Shown: positions 40,011 to 54,169 of the stretch, one piece after another | Layout: every line of letters begins with the position of its first letter | Numbering within the stretch: the stretch's first letter is position 1 | NCBI RefSeq assembly: GCF_006345805.1 | Contig: NC_043005.1 | Coordinates: forward strand, 106,330,001 to 106,394,000 | Origin: Octopus sinensis | Taxonomy: Eukaryota | Reading direction: 5' to 3' | DNA: 64,000 bases | Notes under the pieces: generated by a model | Database searches by the model: none | What the model was told of the DNA's origin: nothing | What the model saw: only the letters and a program-made list of their open reading frames with translations | Made by a program: the position numbers and the translations under genes

Positions 40011-41443
40011 TCAATTGGTTAGTTACTTAACCTACAAACTAATTGATCATTTATTTAATTTGTCAGTTGTTTGTCAAAGTCCTTTCATCATCATTTGTGA
40101 CCTCATCAGTGACATGCCCTCTCTCCTTCAGGTGTGTTTCAGCCTCTCTGAAAATTAGTCCTATGTCTATGTATATGCATAGGTGTTATCACTTACAAGA
40201 GAAGTGAAGGAAGAACATAAAGGAAGTGCATGTGTATGAGTGTCTGTGTATATACAACTACATGCATATGTGTGTGTATGTTTGTATATTTATTTGAATG
40301 CATGTGTTTGTGTATGTGTGCACATTGGCCACTGCTTTAGTAATTCTCTACATATCTATTTCTCTTCATATCTAACTTTCTACTACCTTATCTCCTGCCT
40401 GTCGACCACTCTCCCTTTCTGGAATTCATCCATCTTCTTTATCACTCCTCCTCTCTATTATTCTATATTTCTACCATTCCACCATCTACCACTTTTCTTT
40501 CCTACTCCTCTACATCTTTGCCATTCCACCATTACTATTGTTCCTTTTCTGCTACTCTTTTCCATTACCTCTCCACCACTCTCCACCACTCTCCACCTCT
40601 CTCTTTCTATCAATATCTCTCTACATTTCTATCTCTCCACCTTTTATTCCACAAACTTACCACACTTTAATTTTGTCTAGTGCTATCTTTCTACCAGCGT
40701 ATCTTCCTCTCTCTCTCTCTCTCTGTACCTGTCTACCTTTCTACCCCTCTACCAATCTACCTGTCTGCCTTAGTACAAAATCAACAGTCATATTGCAAAA
40801 TTTCATCTTCAGCATTGTTATTTTATTTTTACCCTTAAATTTTCCCTAACTTACCGATGTATAGAAATTTGAATGAAATGCTAACTGCCAATTGTAAACA
40901 ATTTAAACAACCTGTTATTATCATGACTGGTAATTTAGAACTTTTCAATGCATTATTTTACTGAAGATAACAGCAGAGAAATGTCTAAAATAACAATGGC
41001 TTGAAAAATACAGCCAAAGATGTTATAGAGATTATACTTTTGCAGTGGAATGAATATAAAGTCGATTTAGCATCAAGTTAGCAATCAATGTTTGTACCCC
41101 CTGGACGTGAAGAAAATAGTAATTATCCCTTTTTAACAAAGATTTGCACAATTTAATCCTTGCTTTCAATGGGATTTTAACTGAAGATGTGCCATTTAAG
41201 AAGAATCAATAAAAGACAAGCTAGCAGAAAATAGTTTTACTGTCTACAATAATTTCAAATGTTGCTGGCTAAATTACACAGAATCTAAAGTTGTTTTATA
41301 GAGGCACATATACGGAGAAAAGACACACACATAACACACATATATTTGTGTGTGCGTATATACATATATTCATACATACATACATGCATATTATACATAT
41401 AGAAAATAAAGATTTTATATATATAGATATATACATATGTTTG

Positions 41444-41474
<31 letters not shown>

Positions 41475-41485
41475 ATATATATATG

Positions 41486-41557
<72 letters not shown>

Positions 41558-41774
41558 ATACATACATAAGTACAACACGTATATATATCTATATATATAT
41601 AATATATAATATACATACATACATAAATACAAAATATATATATAACATATATATATATATATAATATATATATATATATATAATATACACATACATACAT
41701 AAATACAAACATATACATATATATATCGATTTATATACACTTTATGTACATACATGTATATGTCTATCTCTATA

Positions 41775-41847
<73 letters not shown>

Positions 41848-42268
41848 GTCTGTCTGTCTGTCTGTCAGTCAGTCTGTCTGTCTGTCTGTCTGTCTGTCGA
41901 TCTATCTATCTATCTTTCTATCTTTCTATATTTCTGTCTGTCTATCTATCTCTGTCTGTCTCTCTGTCACTCTATGTGTGCGTGAGTGTGTCTGTAAAAG
42001 TAATTATATAAGTATGTGTGTAGTTATTATATGCATAATGATGTATGTATGTGCATGTGTGTTTGTATTTGTATGAATTTAATTATATATTTACGTATTA
42101 AAAAAACTTATGGTGGTATTTACATATGTATAGGTATATATACAGAATTACACAAACACACACTAATAAATATAAACACATATAGATACATATACACACA
42201 CACACATGTGTACACACATACATATGCTCATATACATGCATACATATATGTATATATATATATATGTA

Positions 42269-42312
<44 letters not shown>

Positions 42313-42582
42313 CATCTATGTATATATATATAAATAAATATATATTTTCATATGCATACATATATAAGCATATAACATATATATATGTATATACATATAT
42401 ACATACATACACATACATACATATATACATACACTCACATACATATACATATGTGTACACACATACATATGCTCATATACATGCATACATATATGTATAT
42501 ATATATTTATATATGTATATATAATATATTTATATATATATAATATTATATAATATTATAGATATATATATATATATAATAA

Positions 42583-42760
42583 TAAATATTAGGGAATAAA
42601 TCCAAATTTACAGGGAAAAAATCAGATTAGGATAAATCCAATTTTATAGTAAAATATTATAAAATATTATTAGAGACAAAACCACTATTTTGCAAAACAA
42701 ACAAGGAAAGACTTATCAATACATAAAATTTTAATAAATAGTCAAAAAAACCGCCACAAA
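42583..42760. mobile_element. AT-rich segment inserted between (TA)n tracts, possibly the same class as the 5862 and 9600 elements
   Basis: Microsatellites on both sides; AGGG about 10 nt from the TA junction. Confidence 0.35.
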
Positions 42761-42894
42761 TATATGAATATATATTTTTATATGCATACATATATACATA
42801 CATATATACATACATACACACATACATTCATACATACATACATACATACATACATACATACATACATACATACATTCATACATACATACATACA

Positions 42895-42930
<36 letters not shown>

Positions 42931-43507
42931 TACATACACTCACATACATATACACACCTACTATCAATTTAATAAATAGGCTTTGCGAACATAAACAGCT
43001 TAGTCTTAAAATGTCTCTCCAATTAAATCGGACCAATTCTATATTGTAATTATATTTTCAAAAATATCTATATTTCTTTTTTTATTCTTCTCTAGAAAGA
43101 TGTAATCAAAATTTGTATAGTTTTGCTATATTTCATCAACTTAGTGAATATATCAAACTGTACAGACACTTTTATGTGTGTAAAGTTTTGTGTACATGCA
43201 TAGGTTTGTGTGTAGAAATGGGAGGGCGTGAATGTGTGAATAGTTTTGATTCTGTATTTAGAGTTTTATAATTGTGTTTAGGAAAGTATAGCAGGAGAGT
43301 TTATAGCTGTTGGCTATGTGTGAGGTTGTGTGTTTGAGTGTATGTGTGTGAGGTAGAACCCAATTATTAATACAACACACATATGGATGCACATAAGGAC
43401 ACATACAATTATATGAGCACACACGCACACACAAACACACAAATATGCATGCATACACACACAAGTTTAATCATTTTCCTTTATGTATGTATGCTTATAG
43501 GTAAATT

Positions 43508-43538
<31 letters not shown>

Positions 43539-43579
43539 GTTACATATGCAAATTGGTACAATGATAGCAGAGGTAATAA

Positions 43580-43885
43580 GTTGTTTGTTCCTTTTCGAGC
43601 CTCGCCTGGCTCATTAGGGCCGCTTTCCCAGTTTCCTTGGCGTATAGGTTCCCCACCTGGACGGGACTACAGTCCATCGCAGGTGAGCGGCAAGATGCAG
43701 GAGGAAAGAGTGAGAGAAAGTTGTGGTGAAAGAGTCAGCAGAAATTCGCCATTACCTTCTGCCGGAGCTGCGTGGAGCTTAGGTGTTTCGCTCATAAACA
43801 CACACATCGTCCAGTCTGAGATTCGAACCTGCGAACCCTCGACTGCGAGTCCGCTGCTCTAGCCACTAGGCCATGTGCCTCCACA
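43580..43885 (-). mobile_element. tRNA-headed SINE family E with a V-domain-like segment
   Basis: Minus strand ggaggcacatggcctagtggctagagc...ggttcgaatctc; cctgcgatggactgtagtcccgtccagg. Confidence 0.8.
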
Positions 43886-44019
43886 GAGGTAATAAATAAG
43901 AGATGAAGGAGAAAATAAATACTGGAGGGTAGTAGATGTAGATTTAATGGCAACATAATGGTCCAGAGACCGCATTACACATACATAAAAAATGGGTGGG
44001 GGTGGGGGATCAAAGGGCC

Positions 44020-44260
44020 TTTGCAAACCACAAGCTCGTATGGCTGGTTTCCTGGATCTTGTGGTGTATATATTCCACCCTCCTGAACAGGGTGCCAATC
44101 CATCACAAGATTATTCCTTTTTGCCTGCTGTGGGGGCTGGAGCAGTGTGAAATGAAGTGACCTGCTCAAGAATACAACATATTGCCTGGTTCAGGAATTG
44201 AAACCCCAATTTTACAATCATGAGTGCAAAACCCTAACCACGAAGCTACAGGCCTCTGCA
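44020..44260 (-). mobile_element. SINE family D with a V-domain-like 3' part
   Basis: ggtttcaattcctga...ttcttgagcagg; tgtgatggattggcaccctgttcagg. Confidence 0.65.
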
Positions 44261-44334
44261 CATTCATGTATATATATACTGTACATGATGACTGAAATTT
44301 GATCTCAGTCAATGCCGCTGCAAGCTTGTTCACT

Positions 44335-44724
44335 AGCTGTGTGGTAAGTAGCTTGCTCACCAACTACATTGTTCCGGGTTCAGTCCCACTTGGGCAAAGT
44401 ATCTTCTACTATAGCCTCGGGTTGACCAAAGCCTTGTGAGTGGATTTGTAAATGGAAACTGAAAGAAGCCCATTGTATATATATATATATATGTGTATAT
44501 ATATGTACATGTATGTGTGTGTATGTTTGTGTCTATGTTTGTCCTCCAATATCGCTTGACAAATGCTGCCGGTGTGTTTACATTGCCATAACTTAATGGT
44601 TCAGCAAAAGAGACCAATAAAATAAATACTAGGATCACAAAGAATAAATCCTGGGGTCGATTTGCTTGACTAAAAGTAGTGCTCCATCATGGCCGCAGTC
44701 AAATGACTGAAACAAATAAAAGAA
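44335..44724 (+). mobile_element. SINE family A
   Basis: Family A head, body and tail. Confidence 0.88.
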
Positions 44725-45426
44725 TTAGGCATGCGAAGTATGGATGTGACTTTTCAGTTCTGCTACACAGTCTTGGTGAGATGCAGCAATGATGAGTGCC
44801 TCTTACAGCCTGTGTTCAGACAGCTTCCTACACATCCTGGCACAGGACTTCATTCTATCATGAAATTTTTCATTGAGTTCTTAGCTTTCTTTGGCAACGT
44901 CAAGCCAGTGTGTTTGATGTTAAAAATTAAGTGATGCTTGTACCTGAAATATTTCAAAGTGAGAAAAGGTATTGCACAGGGCCAGTCCCACTTTCTAAAC
45001 AACACACGCATTTGCCTCAAAAGAACTCATCAATATCGTTGGATGCAAATGAACTTGCAGGAGTTACATCTGAGTTTTCTTTCTCTCTACCAGAGAAATG
45101 TCTTAAGAAAAACTAGGGAGGGTCTCCCATTCCCAGTTGGATAGCCATTGACTCTACTGAGTTCATCTGCCTTTTGACAGGTGTTTTTGTCCTGCAGGGT
45201 GTCCAATGAAAACCATCCACCTTACCAAAGCTAGCTTGATAGGGTTGCCAGTTTTGTCACTGACAACCTATCATGTGGCATGTTATACTGGGTTGCCTTT
45301 AACAAGTAGCACTAAGAGTGACCTCACATACATTCATATATGTATTTATTTTCTGTGCTATCACACTCTGATAGCCATCATGTGTGTATGTGTGTGTGTG
45401 TGTGTGTTTATATATATATATATAAG

Positions 45427-46011
45427 CAGGGTAGCCCAAAAGTAGGTTTATAGTTATCACGTAAGTACTTTACATTTCTTTTAAAACATTTCATTACAGT
45501 CTCCTTTAGAGAGATTTAGAAATATCAATATTTCTATTTTTGAAAACCAGTGGATGTATTCCACTGAATTTATTTAAATGATCCTTCGAACAGACGGTCA
45601 ACAGCAATGCCTGCTGGGTTTGGCTACTCCACATTGATAAGGGGCAACTAACCCGAAACTAGTTTGTGGTTGCCAAACCAGCAAGGGGAAGCTGCTGACC
45701 TCCCTGTTCAATGGGTATAAGGGACACAGGTTTGTGTGTCACATAGCTAGCTAGAGGTGATGGCCTCTTGGAGCTAATCAACAGCAGCATTCGTTCTATT
45801 TTCCTGGACTGCTATGTTAGCATGGTGATAATTATTAATTTCATTACATTTAAATTTCTATCTTACAAACTGAAAAGGGAGCTTGAGAAAATTAACTAAA
45901 TTAGCATAGAATAATGGTTTCATATTTTTTCATAATTAAGATCAAAACTGATAATGTATGAATGCAAAAGAAATAGCTGAATAACTGAATACCTACTTTT
46001 AGGCCACCCTG
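45427..46011. mobile_element. Tc1/mariner-type MITE within (TA)n
   Basis: TIRs cagggtagcccaaaagtaggtttatagttat / ataactgaatacctacttttaggccaccctg. Confidence 0.8.
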
Positions 46012-46035
46012 TATATATATATATATATATATATA

Positions 46036-46289
46036 CTGGCATCTGTGTCGTGACACATAAAAGCACCAACCAATTGTGACCATTTGCCAGCCTCCTCTGG
46101 CTCCTGTGCCGGTGGCACGTAAAAAACACACACTACACTCACGGAGTGGTTGGCGTTAGGAAGGGCATCCAGCTGTAGAAACACTGCCAAACCAGACTGG
46201 AGCCTGGTGCAGCTTCCATGAATTACCAGACCCTGGTTGAACAGTCCAACCCATGCTAGCATGGAAAACGGACGTTAAATGATGATGAT
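46036..46289 (+). mobile_element. SINE-like family B
   Basis: Family B body and (GAT)n tail. Confidence 0.85.
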
Positions 46290-46439
46290 ATATACATATA
46301 ACATATATATAATAATTATATATATATATATAAATATATATAGTATATATATACATATATATATTCACACTCATATATATATATTAATATATATATATAT
46401 GTATGTATATATAATACATATATATATATACACACACTC

Positions 46440-46471
<32 letters not shown>

Positions 46472-46592
46472 ATATATATATATATAATATATGTGTATAT
46501 TATACATATATATATATATACACCCACTCATATGTATATATATTATATATATATATATATATGTATATATATACATATATATATATTACACA

Positions 46593-46642
<50 letters not shown>

Positions 46643-47021
46643 CACACCACACATACATGTGTGTGTGAGAGAGAGATGCAGATCCCTATGTCAGGATCTA
46701 TTCTGCCCCCACCTCTCATCGTAATCCCCTTGTTCTGTAACTTGAAGCTGATCCCCTCCCCACCTCTCCCAAAGCCCGTAACCCTGTGAAGTGCCTGGTG
46801 ACCTCAGTAGCGCAGGTGGTATGAAAAGAGCATTCAGTCCATGCTATAAAGTGGTTGGCATTAGGAAGGGCACCCAGCCATAAAAACCTGATATTTGGGC
46901 TGAATGTAATCCTTGTACGCAAACCCTGCTAACATGGGATGAGAACTTTGAATGGGGATGATGACGATGCTTATGATCTGACATGAAATTGACGCAATGG
47001 TATGGATGGCACATACTGTCT

Positions 47022-47236
47022 CTACTCTTTTACTCTCTTTTACGTGATTCAGTCATTTGACTGTGGCCATGCTCGAGTACCACCTTTAGTCGAGCAAACT
47101 GACCCCAGGACTTATTCTTTGTAAGCCTAGTACTTACTCTGTCAGTCTCTTTGCCGAACCACTAAGTTACGGGGATGTAAACACACCAGCATCGGTTGTC
47201 ATGCGATGATGGGAGGACAAACACAGACACAGAAAC

Positions 47237-47287
<51 letters not shown>

Positions 47288-47728
47288 TATATCATCATCA
47301 TCATCGTATAGCGTCTGCTTTCCATGCTAGCATGGGTTGGACGGTTCTACTGGGGTCTGGGAAGCCAGGAGGCTGCACCAGGCCCAGTCTGATCTGGCAA
47401 TGTTTCTACGGCTGGATGCCCTTCCTAACGCCAACCACTCCGTGAGTGTAGTGGGTGCTTTTTACGTGCCAGACGAGTCTGGCAAACGGCCACGATTGGA
47501 TGGTGCTTTTTATGTGCCACCGGCACGAGGCCAGTCGGGCCTCGTATATATATTAACATATATATGATGGGCTTCTTTCAGTTTCCGTCTACCAAATCCA
47601 CTCACAAGGATTTGGTTGGCCCAAGGCAATAGCAGAAGACACTTGCCCAAGGTGCCATGCATTGGGACTGAACCTGGAACCATGTGGTTTGTAAGCAAGC
47701 TACTTACTAAACAGCTACTCCTACACCT
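47022..47728 (-). mobile_element. SINE family A with a family B copy (47292-47540, minus strand) inside its internal TA tract
   Basis: Family A halves flank a (CAT)n-tailed family B copy. Confidence 0.85.
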
Positions 47729-47928
47729 ATATGTGGATTTCATTCTCCATTCTGCAAGTTAACTGTTTAGCATTTAAACAGACCATGTCTGGCCAAAATA
47801 TCCTGTCTGTTTTATGTTAAAACTGGCCAGATCTGGCTTCTCACATCCATCCTACAATGTCATTCTAAAATTTAAAAAAACACAAAGTTTGAAATCTCAA
47901 AGTTGTGAGATAATGCATGTTTAATTAA

Positions 47929-48381
47929 CTGTTTCGTTACCAACCTGGCTGACACCATCTCTGGCTCTGTGTACAAATGTCTTGTTTTCATAAGATTTTA
48001 ATTAAAATCTTCCACCAAACCTTAGTCACAATTTATGTTCCTAACACTAGCTTAATGATAACTAAGGTGGCTAGCTGGCAGAAATGCAAGCGCTCCGGGC
48101 GAAAGGCTTAGTGGTATTTCGTCTGCCGTTACATTCTGATTTCAAGTTCTGCCGAGGTCGACTTTGCCTTTCAGGATCGATGAATAAAGTACCAGTTACA
48201 CACTGGAGTCGATGTAGTCGACTTAATCCGTTTGTCTGTCCTTGTGTGTCCCCTCTGTATTTAGCCACTTGTGGGCAATAAAAAAATAGATAACCAAGTT
48301 ATTTTTCTAAATTCTTTGTTACGTTTAAGATTAATTGAAAGAAACATAGAGCTTCTCAATAGAAATAGGGTAACAAAAGGA
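47929..48381. mobile_element. Inner piggyBac-type MITE (36566 family, opposite orientation)
   Basis: TTAA at 47925-47928 and 48382-48385; body is the reverse complement of 36566-36785. Confidence 0.85.
48064..48288 (+). mobile_element. SINE family C with TSD
   Basis: gataac(t/c)aag at 48057 and 48289. Confidence 0.85.
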
Positions 48382-48464
48382 TTAAAAACTATGTGGATAG
48401 ATAAACATTACATTTGACAGAGTAATCTGAATGCCAAAGGGTTAAAGATTTGGTTCTTCTGTAC

Positions 48465-48479
48465 ATCGTCATCACCATC

Positions 48480-48510
<31 letters not shown>

Positions 48511-48929
48511 ACATCATCATCACCACCACCATCATCATCATCGTTTAACGTCCGTTTTCCGTGCTAGCATGGATTGGACGGTTCGACCGGGGTCTGGTAA
48601 GCCAGGAGGCTGCACCAGGCTCCAGTCTGATCTGGCAGTGTTTCTACAGCTGGATGCCCTTCCTAACGCCAACCCCTCCGTGAGTGTAGAGGGTGCTATT
48701 TATGTGCCAGGGGAGGCTGGCAACGGCCATGATCGGTTGGTGCTTTTTATGTGCCGCCAGCACAGAAGCCAGTCAAGGCGGCGCTGGCATCGGCCACGTA
48801 AAAGATGGTGCTTTTTACGTGCCACCTGCACAGGTGCCAGGGGAGGCTGGCAACGGCCACAATCAGTTGGTGCTTTTTACGTGCCACTGGCACGGAAGCC
48901 AGTCAAGGCGGCGCTGGCATCGGCCACGT
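48465..48929 (-). mobile_element. SINE-like family B with 130-bp internal repeats
   Basis: gtgccaggggaggctggcaacggcca at 48704 and 48834. Confidence 0.85.
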
Positions 48930-49169
48930 ACAGATGGGATAAATAAACATTACATTGACAGAGTACTCTGAAGGCCAACTGTAATTATAGTGGCTAGGTG
49001 TTATGTCACAGTGACCTCTTGTATACAAGCATCTACATACACACCACATAAGCATACACATGCAAGTCTTTATGCACTTACATACAGGCTCACACAGAAA
49101 TACACTTAGATGAATGCAGAGAATGCAAGAGAAATATGTTGGCTTCATCTCCAGTTGTACATGTGTATC

Positions 49170-49402
49170 TTTTATCTTTTGTCTGTTTCAGTCATTAGAC
49201 TGTGGCCATGCTGGGGCACTACTTCGAAGAATATTAGTCAAATGAATCAACCCCAGTCCTGTTTTATTTTTTTTTTTGAGTTTGGTGCTTATTCTACTTA
49301 TTCTATCAGTCTCTTTTGCTGAACCACTTGGTTATGGTGATGTAAATACACTAACACCAGTTGCCAAGCTGTGGTGGGGGACAAATACACACACACACAC
49401 AC

Positions 49403-49446
<44 letters not shown>

Positions 49447-49580
49447 ATGGACTTCTTTCAGTTTCTGTCTATCAAATCTATTGACAAGGCCATAGTGGAA
49501 TACACTTACCCAGGTTGCCATTTAGTGGGACTGAATCTGAAGCCATGCAGTTGGGAAGCAAATTTCTCACCACAGTTGCA
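49170..49580 (-). mobile_element. Older SINE family A relative
   Basis: Diverged family A tail, body and head. Confidence 0.7.
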
Positions 49581-49829
49581 CCATCATCATCATCATCATG
49601 ATCCGATTTCCATGCTTGTATGGATCAGAAGGAATTGTTAAGGTGGATTTTCTAAAGCTGGACACCCTTTCTATTGCCAACCCCACACCTGCATCCAAAT
49701 AAGATAATATTTCTTTAAGACCAGACATGTTTTCATGGCAGATTGGCATTGATGAACACCATCTCCATGATCGTCACATTCGCTTACAATTATCACGCAA
49801 TGTTAAGGCACAGAAAACCTAACTCACAA

Positions 49830-50545
49830 ACATCACATTGAATATGATAGAGAAAGTTGTCATAGTGGTACCTACTCAGAGGCCTATGTAAAGTTGCAGA
49901 AAGTGTATGGAGAGGAGTGTATGAGCTGCACACAGGTGTATGAGTGGTTCAGACGTTTCCAATATAGTCGAAAAATGTAGATGTTCATGAACGTTCTGGG
50001 AGACCTGCAACCAATATAACTGAGAAAAGCATTGCAGATGTACATGCAGCTGTAGGGGGAAATCATCGAATCACCATCTGTGAGTTAACAAAGACATGTG
50101 CAGATTAGTTACGGTTCAGTTCAGTCCATTATCAATCAAGATTTAGGTATGAGATGCATGTCTGCCAAGTTTGTGCCAAAGACGCTTTCAGCTGACCAAA
50201 AGGACACTTGAGTTTCATTTGCAGAAGATCTCCTTGATTGTGTCGGGAACGATGAAAACCATTTGGAAATTTTTCCCAGGTTTCTGAGCAGTTGTCGCCA
50301 AGCTTTTGGCAAAATTTGATGCAGATTCTCTGCTCAACTTTCTCTATCATGGTCAATGTGATGAGCACACACTACACACCTTCCTTCCAAGCAATGCTGT
50401 AAACAGCAGAAGTGACCTAGAACGTCAAAACTTAGAGCACATCCACAGCAGAGTTCAAGGTCAATCTGTACCTAGTAGATTCACTCTGCTTGCGCTAGCT
50501 TCGTTACTATGACAACAGTCCGGATTCTTATTGATCAGACCACGT
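49830..50545. mobile_element. Rearranged mariner relic made of two converging 5' halves
   Basis: Plus strand KLQKVYGEECMSCTQVYEWFRRF and LGMRCMSAKFVPKTLS; minus strand MIEKVEQRICIKFCQKLG with TIR tacgtggtctgatcaataagaatccggact at the right end. Confidence 0.8.
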
Positions 50546-50781
50546 ATTTTTAGAGAACTGACATTTACATAAGCTTATGTGTATGCTTGAGTGTGTATAA
50601 ATGCATGCATGCACACACCTAAATACAATTGAATGCATATATCAATATCCATATCTATATGTCTATCTAACTCACTGTCTCTCTGTTTTCGCAATATTTT
50701 TATCTATCTATCTGTCTGTCTATCCTCTCCCCCTCACTCTCTCTCTCTCTCTCTCTCTACATACACACACACACATGCATA

Positions 50782-50817
<36 letters not shown>

Positions 50818-50835
50818 TGTATGTATATATATATA

Positions 50836-50884
<49 letters not shown>

Positions 50885-51213
50885 TGTATGTCTATATACA
50901 CACTCTGCACATTCATGTAAATATATCTGCCCAGCTATCTATATATATAGGTGTATGTGTGTGTGTTTATGTGTATGTATATATATATATATATATGCAT
51001 ATAAACAGATGTATATCTTTCGCATTCTGTGTCTAACTCCTGAAGTAGAATATCAATGACCTTCTAGAGTTTTAAGGTTAATTTGTAACCAGAGAATAGC
51101 TTAGCAAGCAGACCATCTTTAATTGGCCTTTTAGCATTTCGGAAGTCTCTGCAGATACTGCTCTATTGATAAATAATGGAACAAACAAACTTCAAACTAA
51201 AACAGCACACACA

Positions 51214-51286
<73 letters not shown>

Positions 51287-51302
51287 AAACACACACACTC
51301 AA

Positions 51303-51338
<36 letters not shown>

Positions 51339-51639
51339 ATATGTATGTATGTATACATGCACGTACATGCACACACACACACATGAGATGATGATGCAGG
51401 CATAGATTTCATTTCTGCTATACATGGATCCACTCATACACAGATACATTTGTGTATATGTTTGCATGTATACGAAACTCATATTTTAATCCATTATTGA
51501 TATTTGCAAGTTAACACGTATACACACACACACACACACACACTTCATATGCATGTGTGTGCACACATGTTTATATATATAGAAATGCATCCTTGTAGGA
51601 ATGTATTTCCATAACTATATATGTGTATATATATATGTG

Positions 51640-51671
<32 letters not shown>

Positions 51672-51709
51672 ATATATATTATATATATATATATATTATA
51701 TATATATAC

Positions 51710-51775
<66 letters not shown>

Positions 51776-52829
51776 ATATATATATGCACACATATATAGA
51801 TGTATTTATATGTTAATGTATATATTGATAAGTATAGTTATAAATGAACATGGGAGTGTTTGTGTATGTGTGTATATCACATATGTCTATATAAATACAT
51901 ACATATATATATATATATATACATATTTAAAATCATCCATACACTTTGTACTTTAGTTTCACAAAAAAAAAATTAATAAATAGATAAAATCAAACACATA
52001 AAACAAAAACAACCAACCAAAATAAAAAAAAAACACTCTATCAAATTAAGAAGTATCCTGTTGATATTTTCACTTTATATTTCTATAGAATTTCTCCCAT
52101 TTTCTATTTTCATATATTTGTAAGGTCACTTTTATATTTTTCTGTTCATGTCCATTTATTCATCATACGTCTCTTCTTTCTCATTTTCTAAATTGCCACT
52201 CACATAAAATTCATCAGTATATTGTTATAAATACAATTAATCTTTTAGAATTCAATGTTGCTAACAGATACACATTTGCTGTGCTTATTGAAGTCTCTTA
52301 TTCATACTGTCACCAACATTCAGAGTTGATGAAGTGCTGAGCTAACTCTGCCTGCTTGAATATCAATGCTTTCTCTCATTCTCTCATCTCTGTTGCTATG
52401 TTGAGTGTTCGCTTGATTTTAAATCCACCCCCCCCCCATGTTTTCATGGTTTAGACAAGTATATCATAGAGGCATTGTTTTACAGCTAGATACCCTTTCT
52501 GTTGCAAACACTTCCTTGAATTTTAAGTAAGGGATTTTTTTTCATTTCACACCTCTTTGAAAGCACAAGGTGAAAGGGATCTCTTGTTAAAGGGAAGTGA
52601 CAATAAAAATATCATTCACAGCCACCAGTTTTGCAGAAGGCAAATGTAAAGCAGGTATGAGCATCTTTTTTGAGAAGCGAGCCACATGGGACATGCCTCA
52701 TCATCAGGTAGACTAAAAAGATTCAAGGAAATTTTTTGCTCACATGTGCCATTTAGAATGTTCCATGGGTTGCAGTCTGCCCATAATTGATGTAAATAAA
52801 TACATAGACATGCGCACTCACATGCTCAC

Positions 52830-53020
52830 GTGCATCATAAACCCCTGTACTTGGCTTTTGTTGGCATGGAGAAAGCCTTTGACAAGGTCCCCCGATCCCT
52901 AATCTGGTGGTCAATGAGGAAACTAGGGATAGATGAATGGTTAGTGAGAGCTGTGCAAGCCATGTACAGGGATGCTGTTAGTAAGGTGAGGGTTGGCAAT
53001 GAGTACAGTGAAGAATACTG
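52830..53020 (+). pseudogene. RTE-clade reverse transcriptase fragment
   Basis: KPLYLAFVGMEKAFDKVPRSLIWWSMRKLGIDEWLVRAVQAMY matches the RT D.EKAFD.V motif region. Confidence 0.88.
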
Positions 53021-53311
53021 TGTACCAAATTCATAAACAAAGCTTTGATTATCCTGACAGTATAGTACAAGTCATAGTGAAGGGGCCATTTGGTGGGCCT
53101 AACCCTGAAATTGCATGGGTGGGAAAATAACTTCTTAAAACCTATGTGCTTCCAATATCAATCCATTTATCGTTCTGTCTCTGTGTGTATATACACGTGG
53201 ATACATACATACATAGATACATACATTCATACACACATACATTCATACATGCATACATGCATACATGCATACATACATACATACATACATACTTGCATAC
53301 ATACATGCATA

Positions 53312-53825
53312 CATGATGGCTGCCCCCTCGTTATCGAGTATGGCCATTGCACGAAGCTTAACTGTTAACGATGCTGTGATCGAATGTGACATTTTAGCCC
53401 AGCCAAAGATCTACAATGTCTTGGACAGAATTGGCAGCTAAAACCTTTACCGGCAGTAGGTGGCTGTAGTTGTAACTGGGCTTCATGTACCTTTGCATGT
53501 CGTTTAAGTCCTCCTGCCGAATTACACTCTCTTCCACATGCCCGACAGTTATGATTAGTATGGTGTGTTACACCACCACCAGTGGCCAGGTTGTCACTCA
53601 TCTGTCTCATTTTATGACTACGAAGATGACTCTTGAGTCCAGCTTTACTGAGGCAGGGTCTTGCACAGACACTGCATGTAAGCATCATAGGAAGACCCTT
53701 CCCATCTGGAAGTGTAACAGTGATGCCCTTCCTGACATCCCTCCTTACTTTCTCATGCGCAACTCAAGATTTCTCAAAAGTAACTGTCATCTCATGCACA
53801 ATCCTTCTCCATATGCTACAATCAA
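53312..53825 (-). pseudogene. 3' end of an RTE-like LINE with three C2H2 zinc fingers and a (TATG)n tail
   Basis: DCSIWRRIVHE...FEKS*VAHEKVRRDVRK, then CxxC-12-HxxxH motifs, a short 3' UTR and a microsatellite tail. Confidence 0.75.
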
Positions 53826-54122
53826 TAGCTACATACACACATACATGTATATGTGTGTGTGTGTGTGTGTCTGTGTGTGTGCATGTGTGAGTATATGCTT
53901 CTTATTTGCCTTATAACAGCAATTTGAGTGTGCTCAGCTATCACTATTTACAAATTGTAGGAATAAAATTATATCTAATCTCATAACTAATTATATCCAA
54001 AATACAGAAAGGACCTAAAAGTCAGTATAATGTCACTGAACATCACCAGAGCGAAAACAAACAACATGAGAACAAAGCACTGAACCATAACAACATGCAA
54101 AAGTTAAACACAACCAGGGAAT

Positions 54123-54169
<47 letters not shown>

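Larger units (their letters stand above)
47763..48441. mobile_element. Outer piggyBac-type MITE
   Basis: TTAA at 47759-47762 and 48442-48445; termini ctgtttagcattt / gaatgccaaaggg. Confidence 0.7.

Noticed and set aside
43593-43617. Minus-strand CTAATGAGCC...GGCTCGAAA as a hammerhead
   Set aside because: Core and stem II are out of register and stems I and III are missing; it is more likely a SINE 3' stem-loop
43810-43885. tRNA gene (and similar heads in families A, C and D)
   Set aside because: A and B boxes continue into SINE bodies, with no complete cloverleaf or acceptor stem
53365-53688. Host C2H2 zinc-finger gene
   Set aside because: In-frame upstream LINE-like sequence with a stop codon, a short UTR and a microsatellite tail indicate a retroelement end
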